Origin: Trichoplax sp. H2
Taxonomy: Eukaryota
Assembly: GCA_003344405.1 (NCBI GenBank)
Contig: NOWV01000020.1
Span: 310,001-374,000 of the forward strand
Direction: 5' to 3'
Length of the DNA: 64,000 nt
The notes under the pieces were generated by a model, which saw only the letters and a list, made by a program, of their open reading frames with translations, was not told where the DNA came from and ran no database searches. Position 1 is the first letter of the stretch. Each line of letters starts with the position of its first letter. The position numbers and the translations under genes were made by a program. Shown in pieces: positions 50,952 through 64,000 of this stretch.

Positions 50952-52692
50952 ATGCCAGTCAAACGCTTAAATAATAAAAGAGCTGATGCTAAAGTCAAAA
51001 AAATGAAGGGAAATGGTAATACTCTGACAAATAATGTCAGGAAAATTCTAAAGGCTTTGGAAAGTGCATACAAACCACATACCAATGCGGAAAAGGCCAA
51101 AGCTATGAAGAAATACATGCGTGGCCAATTTGAATATTATGGTAAGTTTGTGCACTATATAATATGAACGGTAGATCATAACGCACCATTTGAGTAGAAG
51201 GCATTAAATAATGTGACAGGTAAGAAAATTGACCATTATACATATAATGCTGTATACAGCAATGCAATAATAGTGTGTACCTCTACAGGATCCTAAACAT
51301 ATTTTTTTGCACGGTTGACATACTGTATATATGTGATTGTGTAAGAGATGGCAACAAATTGAGTATTGCCTCCCGCTATAAATCGAAATTTGCAATGAAG
51401 AACTTAAGCTACCGCGAACCTATTATCAAGTCTGTCCTTTCCAACACTTGTCTGCAATATGATTTAAAGACTAACCATATCTATCATCAGGAACCCACAG
51501 TAGTTACACGTCTCTCCCAGTAAATTATTTGTGCAGGTCTAATCATCCTCAGATTATTGACTAGACCAATGTAGGCAGTTGCAAATGATCACACTTATTG
51601 AATAGAGAGAAAGGAACGTAATCCTTGACTTAGATCAGTTAAATGAGTGAGTGATTTATTTTTATTAATGAGGTGATCGCGTAGGCGATATTGACCTATC
51701 AATGCATTTGTGTTATAGCTCAAAGTTCAATGTCAACTTGTAAAATTGATATAAGAAACGCAATACACGTTATTCCTAAAGGACTATAAGTTATTAAGAC
51801 ATTGCAATAACAACTTTGGGCATTTAATATAATTTAATCCATTATATTCAGGAATAAATTCTCCAGATCGTCGCAAGATCGATACAGATGTTCGAAAGAC
51901 AATGCCGGATTTATCATTAACTGAACATCATCAATTACTAAATGAATTATGGGAACTACCTCAGCGTGAATACCAGGTAAGGATTGTTGCTTCTGTAGTT
52001 TATTCATATTACTGCCAGCGATCAATAATTAATTGATGCAATTACTAAATTTAACATAATTTCCGTTGATTAGCATTTTGGAGCTGAACTTGCTAGAGAC
52101 TCTGTAAAAATTTTAACAGGTGATTCCGATCAAGATTTAAGAGAAAGTGTTACCGTTATTGAAAATATGATAATCAAAAAATCATGGTGGGATTGTGTTG
52201 ATCTTCTAGCGCCAAGAGGTTATAAATTACTGTAACGTCTTTACTAGCTGCTTTAAATCATAAATTGACAATAATCATAAAAATGTAACAGGATTAATAA
52301 GACTACTATAAAAATGCAATTTCTAAAGGGCTTACAGAATCTTGCAGGTAAAATTTTAAATTTCTTCTGCTTTAGTTATTGGTGAATTTAATAGAATCCA
52401 GCCTGAAGTTATGGGTCCTATTCTAGATAAATGGATTACTGATGATAATATCTGGCTTAAACGAACTGCTATTCTACATCAGCTATTCTATAAAGAAAAT
52501 ACTAATCAAGAGAAATTGTTTAGATACAGCCTTGCATGTGCTAAAGAGAAGGAATTTTTTATTAGAAAAGCAATAGGCTGGGCATTGAGAAATCAATTTC
52601 GAGTCAATCCGTCAGCAGTTAAGAAATTTGTTAAAGAAAATGATAATAAGTTGTCTTACTTAACCAAAAAGGAGGCACTAAAACATGCTTAA
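50952..52692 (+). CDS. alkD: AlkD-like DNA alkylation repair glycosylase, copy B; exons 50952-51141, 51852-51976, 52074-52218, 52376-52692
   Basis: MKKYMRGQFEYYG|INSPDR; LWELPQREYQ|HFG; KSWWDCVDLLA; NIWLKRTAILHQL; EKEFFIRKAIGWALR. Same three intron positions as copy A. Confidence 0.92.
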
Positions 52693-54203
52693 CAGCTAGC
52701 CATACAGTCGATTTCGTACATTTTAATGATTTGCACACGCTATGATGTTTAAATGTAACATGAGTGCTAACACGATATCAGTACTGATTTAGAAAGCCAA
52801 AAATGTATATATATATGTATACTCTAATTGCTGCTGATACTAAAATTATTTATTTCAATCGATACTACCAATTTTAACTGCTGCTTTTGCAAAATCCTTC
52901 AGCTCCACTAGATCAATTCATATAACATCTACTTAATAAGATTACGTCCTGAAATGTTCCTGATAATCTGTAATATTAAGATGGACCGTTAAACTTGTTT
53001 GCTACTATTTACAACAATTACTGGTCTAGTGTGCTCCTATTTTTATATTTGAAATATTTGAATCTAAATGTACAGCGACTTGAACTTTAAGAGATTCTGT
53101 TTCTGCTATTGGAGCAACTCACTCACGGTATGAGATTGAAATTTATTAAACTTCTTCAATGCCTAGTAAGTACGTTTTACTCAACAAAGATCTTGTACAT
53201 CAGCAATCACGATATTTCGATTTATTGTACTATTTGAAATCACGTTTCTCTAAATATTTTTTGAGGATTTGATACCTGAATAGCTATTAATGTCATACTG
53301 CAATTACTTAATTAACATTACTACAAATCAAGTACTTTATTATCGCGGTGTCAAGGAGCTACAACTAGACCATTAACCGGATACAAACATAAATTGTGAT
53401 CTTAGACAACTGTAACAAAGTATGGTGCGTTCCTTTTCTGACTTAGCATTTGTGCCATGTTCTGTAAATATGAATTTCAGTCTTTAAAGTTATCCAGCTG
53501 CCCTTCATTCAATGCCAAACAAAGCAGATGGGCTAACCTAGCATTTTTACCACTATTTGAATGAGTTTTATAGCCCTGAAGTTCTTAACATTCTGGTCAA
53601 ATTAACCTAAGTAATAAGTAATAATTACACCTCCTCAGATGATTATGTACTGTGATTACTTTTACTCGATAGAGAGCTTAACAAAGAATTTTATGTAGTC
53701 TATTACACTTTTATTATAAATAACCTTAAAGGCATTACCGTGTTATATAATCAGAACGAGTAAGTATATCTGAATTTGATGTTGAAAGTGCATTAATCAA
53801 TTAATAAGTAAAAGATGTAGTAAGATATACAATTAAACCGATCTTATAAACAACAGAATCACTGAAAATATCGGTAAAAATTAGTGGATATTACTTTGCA
53901 CTACTAATTCAAACAACCTGAGCATCTACCACGCTGCTAAACACGTATAAAAGTACAATTACAATACTGCATTTATATTATCGGATTAAGATAGCTCATT
54001 TTAAGAATAAGAAAATATATCATGGTAAAGATATGAAATAAACATATGAAGATGTTACTGGCAAGTGTCGATAACAATATCGAAAAACTGTTATGATAGC
54101 TATGTCAAGAATTGACGATTGCATATACCTATAATGCCAATTATAATAACAACAGAAAATTTCCCAGTAATTACAGCTAGGTTTATTTTTTTCCTGATCC
54201 TTT

Positions 54204-56934
54204 TCATATTTGAAGATGTAAGTCGCCACAAGCATAAGATGAACGACCAAATCGAAGCCCTGGTAGATGATGCCATTTCTTTTCAACAAGATCAAATGCA
54301 TCGACATTGGTTAAATTATGTTTTCCATCATTGCCACCAATAATAATATAATAATTACCAATAACTTTAGCTTGGCAATTATCCCTTCGGGACGGCATTT
54401 TGGTTAATAATTTCCACTTGTTAGTTCTAATATCGTACCATTCAACAGTATCTAGTTTTTGTACACCATCAAAACCACCAGCTACAATAATATAATCATG
54501 CCACGTTGCTGCAGCTGGAAAAGTACGTGGTTGACACATTTTATTTAATATTTTCCATTGTGGTTTCTCCCAAGCTTTATGACTAAGTTGATACGATTCT
54601 ACACTGGATAATGGTAGTCCATCATGCTCACCTTGTCCACCAACAACAACTAAGTGATTCTTGGTGGTGACACAAGCAGATCCGTAACGTCTTGAAATCA
54701 TAGCTGGCAGGGAAGTCCGACTCCAGACACCAGAGTTATAGAAATAAACTTCAACTTTCTTCAATGCTTCGGTCCCTTTTAAACCTCCAACAATAATCAG
54801 TCGATTATTCCATACACAAGAACAGCTGTATTTCTTCGGTTCTTTCATGCATTCTAAAGTATCCCATTTCATCGTTTTTAAATTGCAATAGCGCGTACGA
54901 TTGCTTAAGCCATCTGTTTCAACAAATCCACCACAAACAATAAATTTATTAGTTAGAATACCACCACTAGCACCATAACATCCTGCTTCCATAGGGTAGA
55001 GAGTAGTCCATGAAATTGTAGTAGAATCAAATACTTCTACATGATTACACAAGTACCCGTCATTAATTCCACCAGCAATGAAAATATGATGATTCTTTTC
55101 TAATTCGATCTCGGAGTTAATATTACTTTTCGAATTATCTGCTTGCTGATTATTGTCTCCTCTTACATTCATGACTTTTATTTGATCCTCTATCTCTACG
55201 GTTGGATAGAAAAAGGCAAAGAAATTAATTCGAAATAAAATAGTTTAACCTAAGAGTAAAATAGCGAATGGGACTATAATATAGGATAATTAATTATAAT
55301 TTTAAATAATCATCTTATAATTCTTGAAGCTGCTGCATGATATTCTAGCTCCAATTGTAAATTATTATCAATTCCAATTATGTTATTTGCATGATAATAA
55401 GACATATTTTGCGTTAATTGCACAAATATATCAATACTGCATATTGTGAATTAACATCTTATTCCTCATATAATAACTTTCTACATTTGTACCAATAAAT
55501 GATCAGACACAGTTCCTCATATTACAAAATTTCGCTATATAACCGGGCTATAATATGTCACAACTCAATATCATGCCGTTTATATCGCAATATCTTATAA
55601 AATATCTTTAAATTTGCTTTAAGCATTATAGACCGACTACATATCGTAAATCGATGTCTTTGCCCTTTATGTGATAACTTTCTGCATTTACATTCACAAA
55701 TGATCAGACACAGTTCTTCACTCAGCAAGATTTCCGTTATACGGTATAGGTATAATGTATCATAAATCAAAATCATGGCGTTTTATAAGGCAACATCTTA
55801 AATTAATTATATCTATGAATTTGCTTTAAATTTCATATAACTACCGGTACAGAATATCGCCAAGCTATATCTTACTCTTTATAAGATACCGCTAACTGAT
55901 TATATTAGTGTCAAATAAATGATACAATTTGCTTTAAACGTCATGTAGCTACTGAATATAGAAAAATCCATATCTTATCCTTGGTAATATAACTCTTTAT
56001 ATTTGTATCAGTAAGACAATTAGATTTAGTTTCTCATATAGCAAAATTTTTGCTATGTAGTACGAGTATAATATGTTAAAATCAAAATTATATCGTCTAT
56101 ACCATAATATCTTACAGAACATCCGTGGATGATGGTGTAAAGACTACATCAAGATAATTAGATCAGTCTGCCTGATATGGTAACGGAAACAACAAATTTT
56201 CTGTTATATTTGAAAACATACAAGTGTTCGTGTCATAATAGGTCTCACTATTGGGTATCATGGTGTTCACATGACAAAATCTTGCGTATACTGTACGTCT
56301 ATAAAATATCTGTGTCTTTTCATTAAGATGATCGAATATAAATTTTATCCAAAGGAAAAATTTCCTCTAGAAATTTTTGCTATAGTAAATTTTCATTACA
56401 GGTATCATGCGAAAGATACGAAGGCTGTGGTTCTGATCGTCTTAGACCTTATTAAAGTTAAGCAAATCTGTAATTCTTTTCAACAGGTGCTAGTATTCAA
56501 TAGCTATATTACAGTTATACTTTCGACATGATCAATTCTTTACCTCTAGGTGATACTTGCTGGCTTGTAGTTTTGGAGTCATTATCGGTATTACCCTGCC
56601 ATGGGAGGATAGACTGGCTATCTTCGGGATCATGGATATTACCATCATGATCTGATTGGTTTGTAGCAAATAACTCTTGTAATTCAGGACAGACTGTCAG
56701 CAATGCTTCGATAAAGATGGATAGCTTCTTATTGGATTTGCTGACAGCTAAATCTAGAATTTTACTTGCTTGAGCCGCAGGTGTAGATTCCCCTTTAACC
56801 TGTTGACAGTCTTTGACAGTAAAAAATTTCTTATTATACAACTGTGTTATACCAGGTAAGATATTTTTCTTTAGACAATTGATCAATCGAATTCGATGGC
56901 TAGATATTATCGACACAGTCTGATCACGATCCAT
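54204..56934 (-). CDS. Predicted CARD-like death-fold plus Kelch-repeat protein, 460 aa; exons 56934-56544 and 55195-54204
   Basis: Exon 1 IISSHRIRLINCL...ITQLYNKKFFT..DCQQVKGESTPAAQASKILDLAVSKSNKKLSIFIEAL follows a CARD pattern. A phase-1 donor (AGAG|GTAAAG) joins the acceptor TTTTTCTATCCAACCGTAG|AG in frame with an ORF of six GG..Y..W Kelch repeats. Confidence 0.8.
55470..56115. repeat. Degenerate tandem repeat (about 200 bp unit, about 3 copies) in the CARD-Kelch intron
   Basis: ataactttct.cattt...aaatgatcagacacagttc at about 55474 and 55675, with a more diverged copy at about 55990. Confidence 0.7.
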
Positions 56935-59731
56935 ACTCAAATCTTCTCCTCAAATTAATAAATTATTTCTTTACATCAATATTATAGATTGATAATCTTT
57001 TACACTATCGAATTGAACTGCACCCAAATGAGAATGATTACGATAGACAAGATTAACGAGTTACTATAGATTGTACTACCAACTGTGCTACCCATACATT
57101 ATTTATCAAATCAATATCAACTAATAAAAAAGTAAATTATGGTAACTAGGTAACAAAGGATAACTTATTCTTTTGTCGCCTTTTGTCTACAAATTAATTA
57201 ATTAAAATTAATTACTGTTTAGTGATTAATTGAAAATAGAGTCCATACAAATTCATTGTATGATTGGTTCTATTGCAACATAAATCGGCTAATCCGATGG
57301 GTTTTTATATTAGAACTTGTAGACGTTTATACGGTTTTTACTTGCATCTAAAAAATTGGGGGTATTTAACTGATAGTATACCTGATTCGACCTAAAATTT
57401 AAGTCAATGTTATTTCTATTGCATAGAAGCGTAAGGAATTTCGAGTTACTAGATGGATATTGTTTATATTTGGATTCTAATGCATTTTTTTTTTAATCTG
57501 AGATCGCCATAGTGCATCTACTGATATTCTTGTATGATTTAAGGTTATATTATAGCTTCTGAATAAGTAAGTATGTGCAAGGTTTTTTCGAATTTGGATA
57601 ACTTGGGCATTTGACCTATTGTGCATTTAATTCGATCTAAAAATTGAATTAATATTATTTCGAAGTCATAATCATGCATATGTGTAAGCTTCGCGCTGCT
57701 GGATGAGCACCTTCTAATTGTATTTTTCTTCAAACCTGAGATAGATATAGCGTATCAACTGTCATTATTATACTATTGAAGATTATAATAGAATTTTTAT
57801 ATGTTTTGTAAAATTTTTGTATTTGACCTACTTTACAGCCAGTTCGATCCAGAAAACGAAATCAATTTTATTACGAGTAAGTGCCATGCAATGCATAAAC
57901 TTTGAGTTTAAGGTTGGATTATAATGCATTTTCTTCAAATTTAGATAGGCATAAGACACTACTGCTATTTATAAATCTTTTAAGTAGTATATCAATATTA
58001 GTAGCAGGCGGGGATTAGAAGCAGAAATAAATGTTATTGAAAGAATATAATCAATGAATGTAATTATCGATTAATAATATGTAAATTATTAATACTTATA
58101 TATACGTATGCATGTAATATCTCTCTCTATATATATAATTAGGTAGTTAAAATACGTAATTAGGAAAAATTATCAGTCTTATGGAATGGGCAGAAAATAA
58201 ATTTAATCTATTTATCCAATTGATTATAATCAATGTAATCTATACATGCATACCAGATTGAAGTAAATTAACAGAAATAACAGTATCCATACACTATCCT
58301 TCCTTGTGCTCCAGTAAGCCTATGGATTATATTACTACACAGATCTGTACTCATATTTAATTTATTACCGTTACCGAGTAGAAATTCCGTAATTACTCCA
58401 GTATGCTTAACTCATAGTTATAATTTTTATAGTCTGTATGCTTGTACATGATGACTAAAATACAGAGACATATTTCTGTTTTGATACTGTAATCTTTGAG
58501 ATTAGGGCTGCGATAAAACAGTTAACACAATATGTTTATATCTTATGCTGTTCGTCATTAATTTACTTATCCTTTTTGATTGATATATGATAATATGCCT
58601 GCTAGTATTCATGATATGCCGTTATAGAATATTATTTGCTATTATTTTCTACTTATAACAGTAGTTAAATCTATAGGAAACTTTCGTTCAGTACTCAAGC
58701 TCTAGCGCATTTTCCTAGCTATACTATAAGGAAATTTTATCCCAAAATCGTAATTATAATTTACAATCATTCCACATTATTTTAAAAGTATGGAATATAT
58801 CTGACTAGTTGGTTAACAAGTCTCTTAATTGATGAATTCATTGCAATTAAAATAGCTAGTGGGAAGACAATATGTGATTACTAAGCACACAAGGCCTGCA
58901 GATAATCTAAAACAATAATTTATCACCTTTTATTTCCATACCGGTAGATCAATTGTAAATTGTTTAACACTACTCGCAAGCAGAAAGAAATAATAATTTT
59001 TAAAAGCATTTAAAACGTCAATGAAAATTACAAGCTATGTTATAAATATATGAGTTCATTAGGAAATAAATAAAATCTAAATGATTTTAAGATAGATAAG
59101 CGATATCAGGTAAACAGAAAATCTAGAACGTGAACACGGCATATTTACTCTGATAGTAGTATAATTACACCTGTTTAGGTAATATCAATTTAAACCAGTA
59201 TTCAAATGAAATACAGTAGATGGTTAAACGATCCATTTTACTAACCCTGAGTTATGTAAAAAACTAAAGAATGAATTATTTTTTCAGAATATGCATTAAT
59301 AAGACGAGTTACATCTCCCCAATTAATTAACTAGCTAGTCAAACTAGTATAGTATCAGTTCCATTCATTTCCTTTAATTAATTACTGGTTCCTAATGTAT
59401 TTCGGTATAGATTAATGACTATCAAATTAATCTTCAGTTCATATTATCTCTAGGACTTATTCCAAATTAATAAATAATTTATAGATAGAAAAAAATCACA
59501 AATTTTACATAGCTATAAATAGGTTATCTCCAGTAACCTCCATTTTGTCGTGTAACAAATTATCAATCAGTATGACAGATCGATATGTTCTAATAATTTA
59601 TTTTTCTTGCCATTTTATCACAAACTTATAGTAAGTTTATAAAAATTGAATGATGGGTCACTTGTTTACGAATGAGCTGTTTGATAGCTATAAGTAAAAG
59701 ACCTCTCTCGCTTTCTTTTATTATACTGTAG

Positions 59732-62700
59732 TTAGCAACATCGACTGTTAGATCTTCTAAACCGTCTTGGTTTAAGGCTATCTACTTTGATAGAATCATT
59801 GATATTGTTAGATGATATAGTATCTTGTTCTTCATTCCTTGCTTCAAGTAAGTGTCTAGATTAATAAAAGTATAAAATTTTGTTAATTGCAAGATCAGCT
59901 ACGCAATTATTTTAAACCAGTCGATAGACTCATCGATCTGCAAACACGCACTAAAAATTTTCATCACCTTGCTAGTTGATGACATGTTTCAAAAACATGC
60001 TCTCCAGTCCTTGCACTTGTTTCAGCATACATTGCATTATGATCCTGTACAATTATAAGATCGTCAATAAAAGAAATTTAAGAGTAAAAAATCAAGTTAT
60101 ACTCGTCTAGTAACTTATAAATTTGAATTAGACTAATTATTTGATAAAGATCTTACGAAAGCCATCTGGAATCCATCTTCTATGCTAACTTTTCTTTGAT
60201 CCGATATATCTAACTTATTACCAACCATTATAAGTAAAGGTGGATTTTCTACCCAGTCCTAGTTATTATTATCAACATAGAGTAATTGGTTATTGTTAAC
60301 ATTATACCAATTCTATTAAGATATTTATAGAAATGGTATGAAAGTGAATTTTCGAATTTTTTATAGCTACAATAAGATGATCGCATCGGTACTAAAAGCA
60401 AGAAACGACCAAGCAGTAGGTGTATCATGTTTGAAACTAAACCCTTGATACTATGAAACTCTTAACCTACCTCAATATGTGAAAGCCAAGTCGGAATGTT
60501 TTCGAATGAGTCTTTGCTGGTAATATCAAACAGGGCAATTATTCCATCGGCTCGACGAAAGTAGGACCTAGGTAAGCTATCAAACCTACGTCAATAGTAA
60601 AATAGGCAAACATCAATCTTGGATATCCTGTGTTCCAAAAAGTGTTTCAGATATTTGCAACAGATATAGGGTGAAACATTATTCTCAATAATAGACACCA
60701 TATCAGAATTCGAACATAAAAGCTTTCCGTTAGATACAGTATGCATTTACTTATCATAATTTGTAAATTCTAATTAGCAGTATTGAGTTAATTCTTTACC
60801 TTTCTTGACCAACGGTATCCCAAATTTCTAGCATAACGACTTTATCATCAATAATAACAGGTTTATTATGCAATCCAGGATCTGTTCATTGTGGATTAAA
60901 ATAATCATCTTAAAAGGTTAGAGTTTAATCTTTTAATCATTTTACAGAAATTAGCTCCTTTGTCTTAATAATTAAAATTATTCACTGAGCAAAGTCTGCT
61001 TTAGAGATACGCAATAGATTAATTTATTTAATCCTATTTGACTATCTAATACATAGGAATACAACTTGGATCTAAAGGTTATAAAATTGCAATAACATAG
61101 GTAATGATTTTCAGAATAAATTATCTAATAATTGCGAAAGTAATGTTGGCAGATTATAGAGTTAACTATGATAGAAAGAATCAACTGTAACATTAGTTGA
61201 GTGATTTCATTCTAGATTATCTTTTCGTCATGGGCATTAGAAAGCAATTAATGATTACACCTCCCGATATCTAAGGTACGAGTGAAGATGAAATTCTTTC
61301 ATACTTCTAATGGTAACAGATTTAATTATAAAGCTTAAGTCAGAAGTAGTTCATGTGTACTTGCCAATTGTAACCCGCTGGAACTGATCGAAGTTATGAT
61401 GGCAAAATCGATTAATAAAACTGGATTTTCCAACACCAGAATCTCCTACCAGGATAATTTTAAATATTTTCATTGCTGTCATCATGGTCACATTAACCTA
61501 AGTTAGATAGAAATAATAGAAATTCTGCAATAAATTTATGATGTTGTGAAAAATAAACCGTGGATTTACGAATTAAAACAGTTAAATTGTAAGAAATACA
61601 TATCTTTCATCTCATTTACCTCGACATTTGTCTCAACAACATCTGTTAAACCATCAACTGTATCTTTTTTATCGGAATTCATCAATTTATCCTTTCTATT
61701 TTGTTGCCACGATGCGCTAGTTAGTAGTGAGCGTACATCATCACTCACTTTAACCTGGGAAATTTCTTCGTGAGGATCAGACTGTTTATCTTCATTATCC
61801 GTTTGATTTAATAATACATTTTCATCATTATCTAGCTGCCAGCCCTGTAAAAATCATTAAACAGCTTTTATGGATGCTAAAAATTCGTATATATTAAGTT
61901 ACGACTAGGGTCCATTTAGGATCAGAAAATGATTCAGAGTAAGCTTTTACTTCTCAATATCTAAATTATACGAAAATATCATCATTGGATTATTGTCCAA
62001 AATGAAAAAACGGAACAAGAATTCACCTCTTCCTGATATCTTTTCAATTTTGCCGTTCGAGCTAGTTTAATAAATTCGTCCCATCCCTGAATAATTGCTC
62101 TGAATGTTAAAGAATTATTTATTTATTAATTTACAAGAAATAATTAACTATTTTGAAATTGTTATGATGAGAGCAGCCATTCATAATTACGATGTTTACA
62201 CTTTGACATATACTGACTTTGCTATGATGAAATTAATCTTCTGTTATTACGATATTTATATTTAACTTATGCTAAAGTTTGCGATATGATAAAATCAATC
62301 TTATGGTATTGCGATATTTATACTGTAACCCGCGATAAACTTTATAGTATGATAATAGCAATCTTACGATATCGCGATATTTATATTTAGCCAATGTTAA
62401 ATTTTGTCATAATAAAATCGTACTGCATATCATTACGATATTTGTACCTTAATCCTTACTATACTTTGTCATATGATAAAAGCAATCTTATATTATTATT
62501 TATATACTGTAACCCATGCTAAAGCTTGTTGTGACATAATCAATTTTAAGTTATTATGATATTAATACTATACATTAACCCAAGCCAAACTTTAACATAT
62601 GATAAAATTAATTTTAAGTTGTTACGATATTAATACTTCAACCCAGGCCGAATTTTAACATATGATAGAATTAATTTAAGTCATTACGATATTTATACTT

Positions 62701-63001
62701 TAACCCATGTTAAATTCTGCTAAGCTAAAATTAATGTTACGCCATTACAATATCTACATATACTGTAACCTATGCTAAACTTTATCATACGATTAAATTA
62801 ATCTTTAGTTACCTATTAGCGATTCCACCCGAAGTTGAAACGACCAGAGGTTCGACATATTTGTTTCGATTAAATAATTTATTATAATACGATTTCTTCT
62901 TTATAGGAGATGTTTCTGTTTTGATAACAACTGCCTGTAATGGAGTTGTATTCTCAGGTTGATTATCATCCGTTGAGCCTCTATTGATTTGAATTCTTTC
63001 A
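59732..63001 (-). CDS. Large Rab GTPase (RASEF/CRACR2A/Rab44-like C-terminal Rab domain); exons 63001-62813, 62099-62027, 61844-61620, 61497-61365, 60881-60800, 60585-60471, 60258-60157, 60044-59968, 59855-59732; 5' end unresolved
   Basis: FKIILVGDSGVGKSS, EIWDTVGQERF, SYFRRADG, VGNKLD, ETSARTG and C-terminal CC*. At least 160 aa of in-frame spliced sequence precede the G domain. No EF-hand is visible in the window. Confidence 0.85.
62180..62810. repeat. Degenerate minisatellite (about 60 bp unit, about 10 copies) filling a Rab intron
   Basis: Recurrent attacgatatttatact.taaccca.gctaaa.ttt..catatgataaaat.aat.tta. Confidence 0.8.
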
Positions 63002-64000
63002 CTACGCAGAGTAATGAAATTGAAAAGGTCGAAATTTAATTTATACTCTCCAATGTTATTTTAAGTTTTAGAAACTACGGATAATCCTAAATTAGAAAAC
63101 TTCAAAAGCAGGCGTGAGAGTATTTATTACGATTAATACTTCACATATTATGCTAATAACTCTATTTTGGAATAGTTCTTAAGATCTCATGCTCGTTGAT
63201 ATTGACTACTGTACACCGGATAACAAGTTGAAGCAAGTGCTAATGTTTTTAGGGGTAAAGAGAATCCTCCTATCTATCGGGTTATTCGAAGCTAGGAATT
63301 AAAACTTCCAGAATTCACTCATCGAATCAAATCGAATCAATTAGTCAAATCGGAAAATAGATGTTACTGACTAGTAACAAAACACAAAAATAATTCAAAA
63401 CTGATGTGTTACTAAACAGTAGCAAGATCAAGACTAACCCAAGCTCTTCAATCTACCAGCACACCAGCTGTAATTTCTACAGGCTTTTGCACGCAATTTA
63501 TTCTCTAAAGTATAGCACATGAAGAAATAGCTAGTTGAACTAAATTATACTACTGGATATAAGGAACTGTATCTAAATGTTGATTGTTAGCGCTAACGTT
63601 AGCTATTACATCAGCAATGAATAACATGACAGGTGCAAAATAATCTCAAAGACTTTGAAGGTTAGCGACTGTAATTTCATGATAGTGATGAAGAATATGA
63701 ATTAGGAATTAATACCTTATGATTTGTGTTCTATAGCAATTTTCAATATTACGTACTAGCATGAATTTTATAGTACATGAATATGTTATAGGTGGGTTTT
63801 CTAGCAAGCTATTGATTGGAAGTTTTTCTGAGATTTGTACAAGGTACGAAATTAAATTAAATCTGTTAAAGAACAAAAATTATAGGATAAAACATTTTTA
63901 GATGTCTCTTAATGAGATGCTGTCCATATCATATGCATATTTATATACATTGTATATACATATACATATATATTTATCGATAGATAGACTTAAAATGTAG

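Noticed and set aside
47472..52692. AlkD genes as bacterial or endosymbiont contamination
   Set aside because: Both have three spliceosomal introns, host-like composition, and sit contiguously among animal genes.
63150..63720. Further upstream exons of the Rab gene
   Set aside because: The candidates I tried had stops in the required phase, so no consistent exon could be supported.

Overview
AT-rich eukaryotic (animal) genomic DNA with compact genes and short GT-AG introns. The style suggests a placozoan such as Trichoplax, but this is inference. Genes assembled by hand, in order: 3' end of ATG13 (+), a single-exon C2H2 zinc-finger gene (+), ITFG2 (-), SNRNP70/U1-70K (+), MICAL (+), GCN2/EIF2AK4 (-), TMCO4 (+), an intronless secreted class-2 lipase (-), two divergently oriented intron-containing AlkD-type DNA glycosylase paralogues, a two-exon gene joining a CARD-like death-fold domain to a Kelch propeller (-), and a large divergent Rab GTPase (-, 5' end unresolved). 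Both divergent housekeeping promoters carry young tandem repeats and dense ACTGTACAGT-type palindromic motifs. The most interesting items are the CARD-Kelch fusion, the duplicated AlkD pair with basic N-termini, loss of the motif-2 Arg in the GCN2 HisRS-like domain, a candidate poison exon in SNRNP70, and a Rab with a GC-AG intron and an altered switch I. All family assignments come from motif recognition, not database searches.
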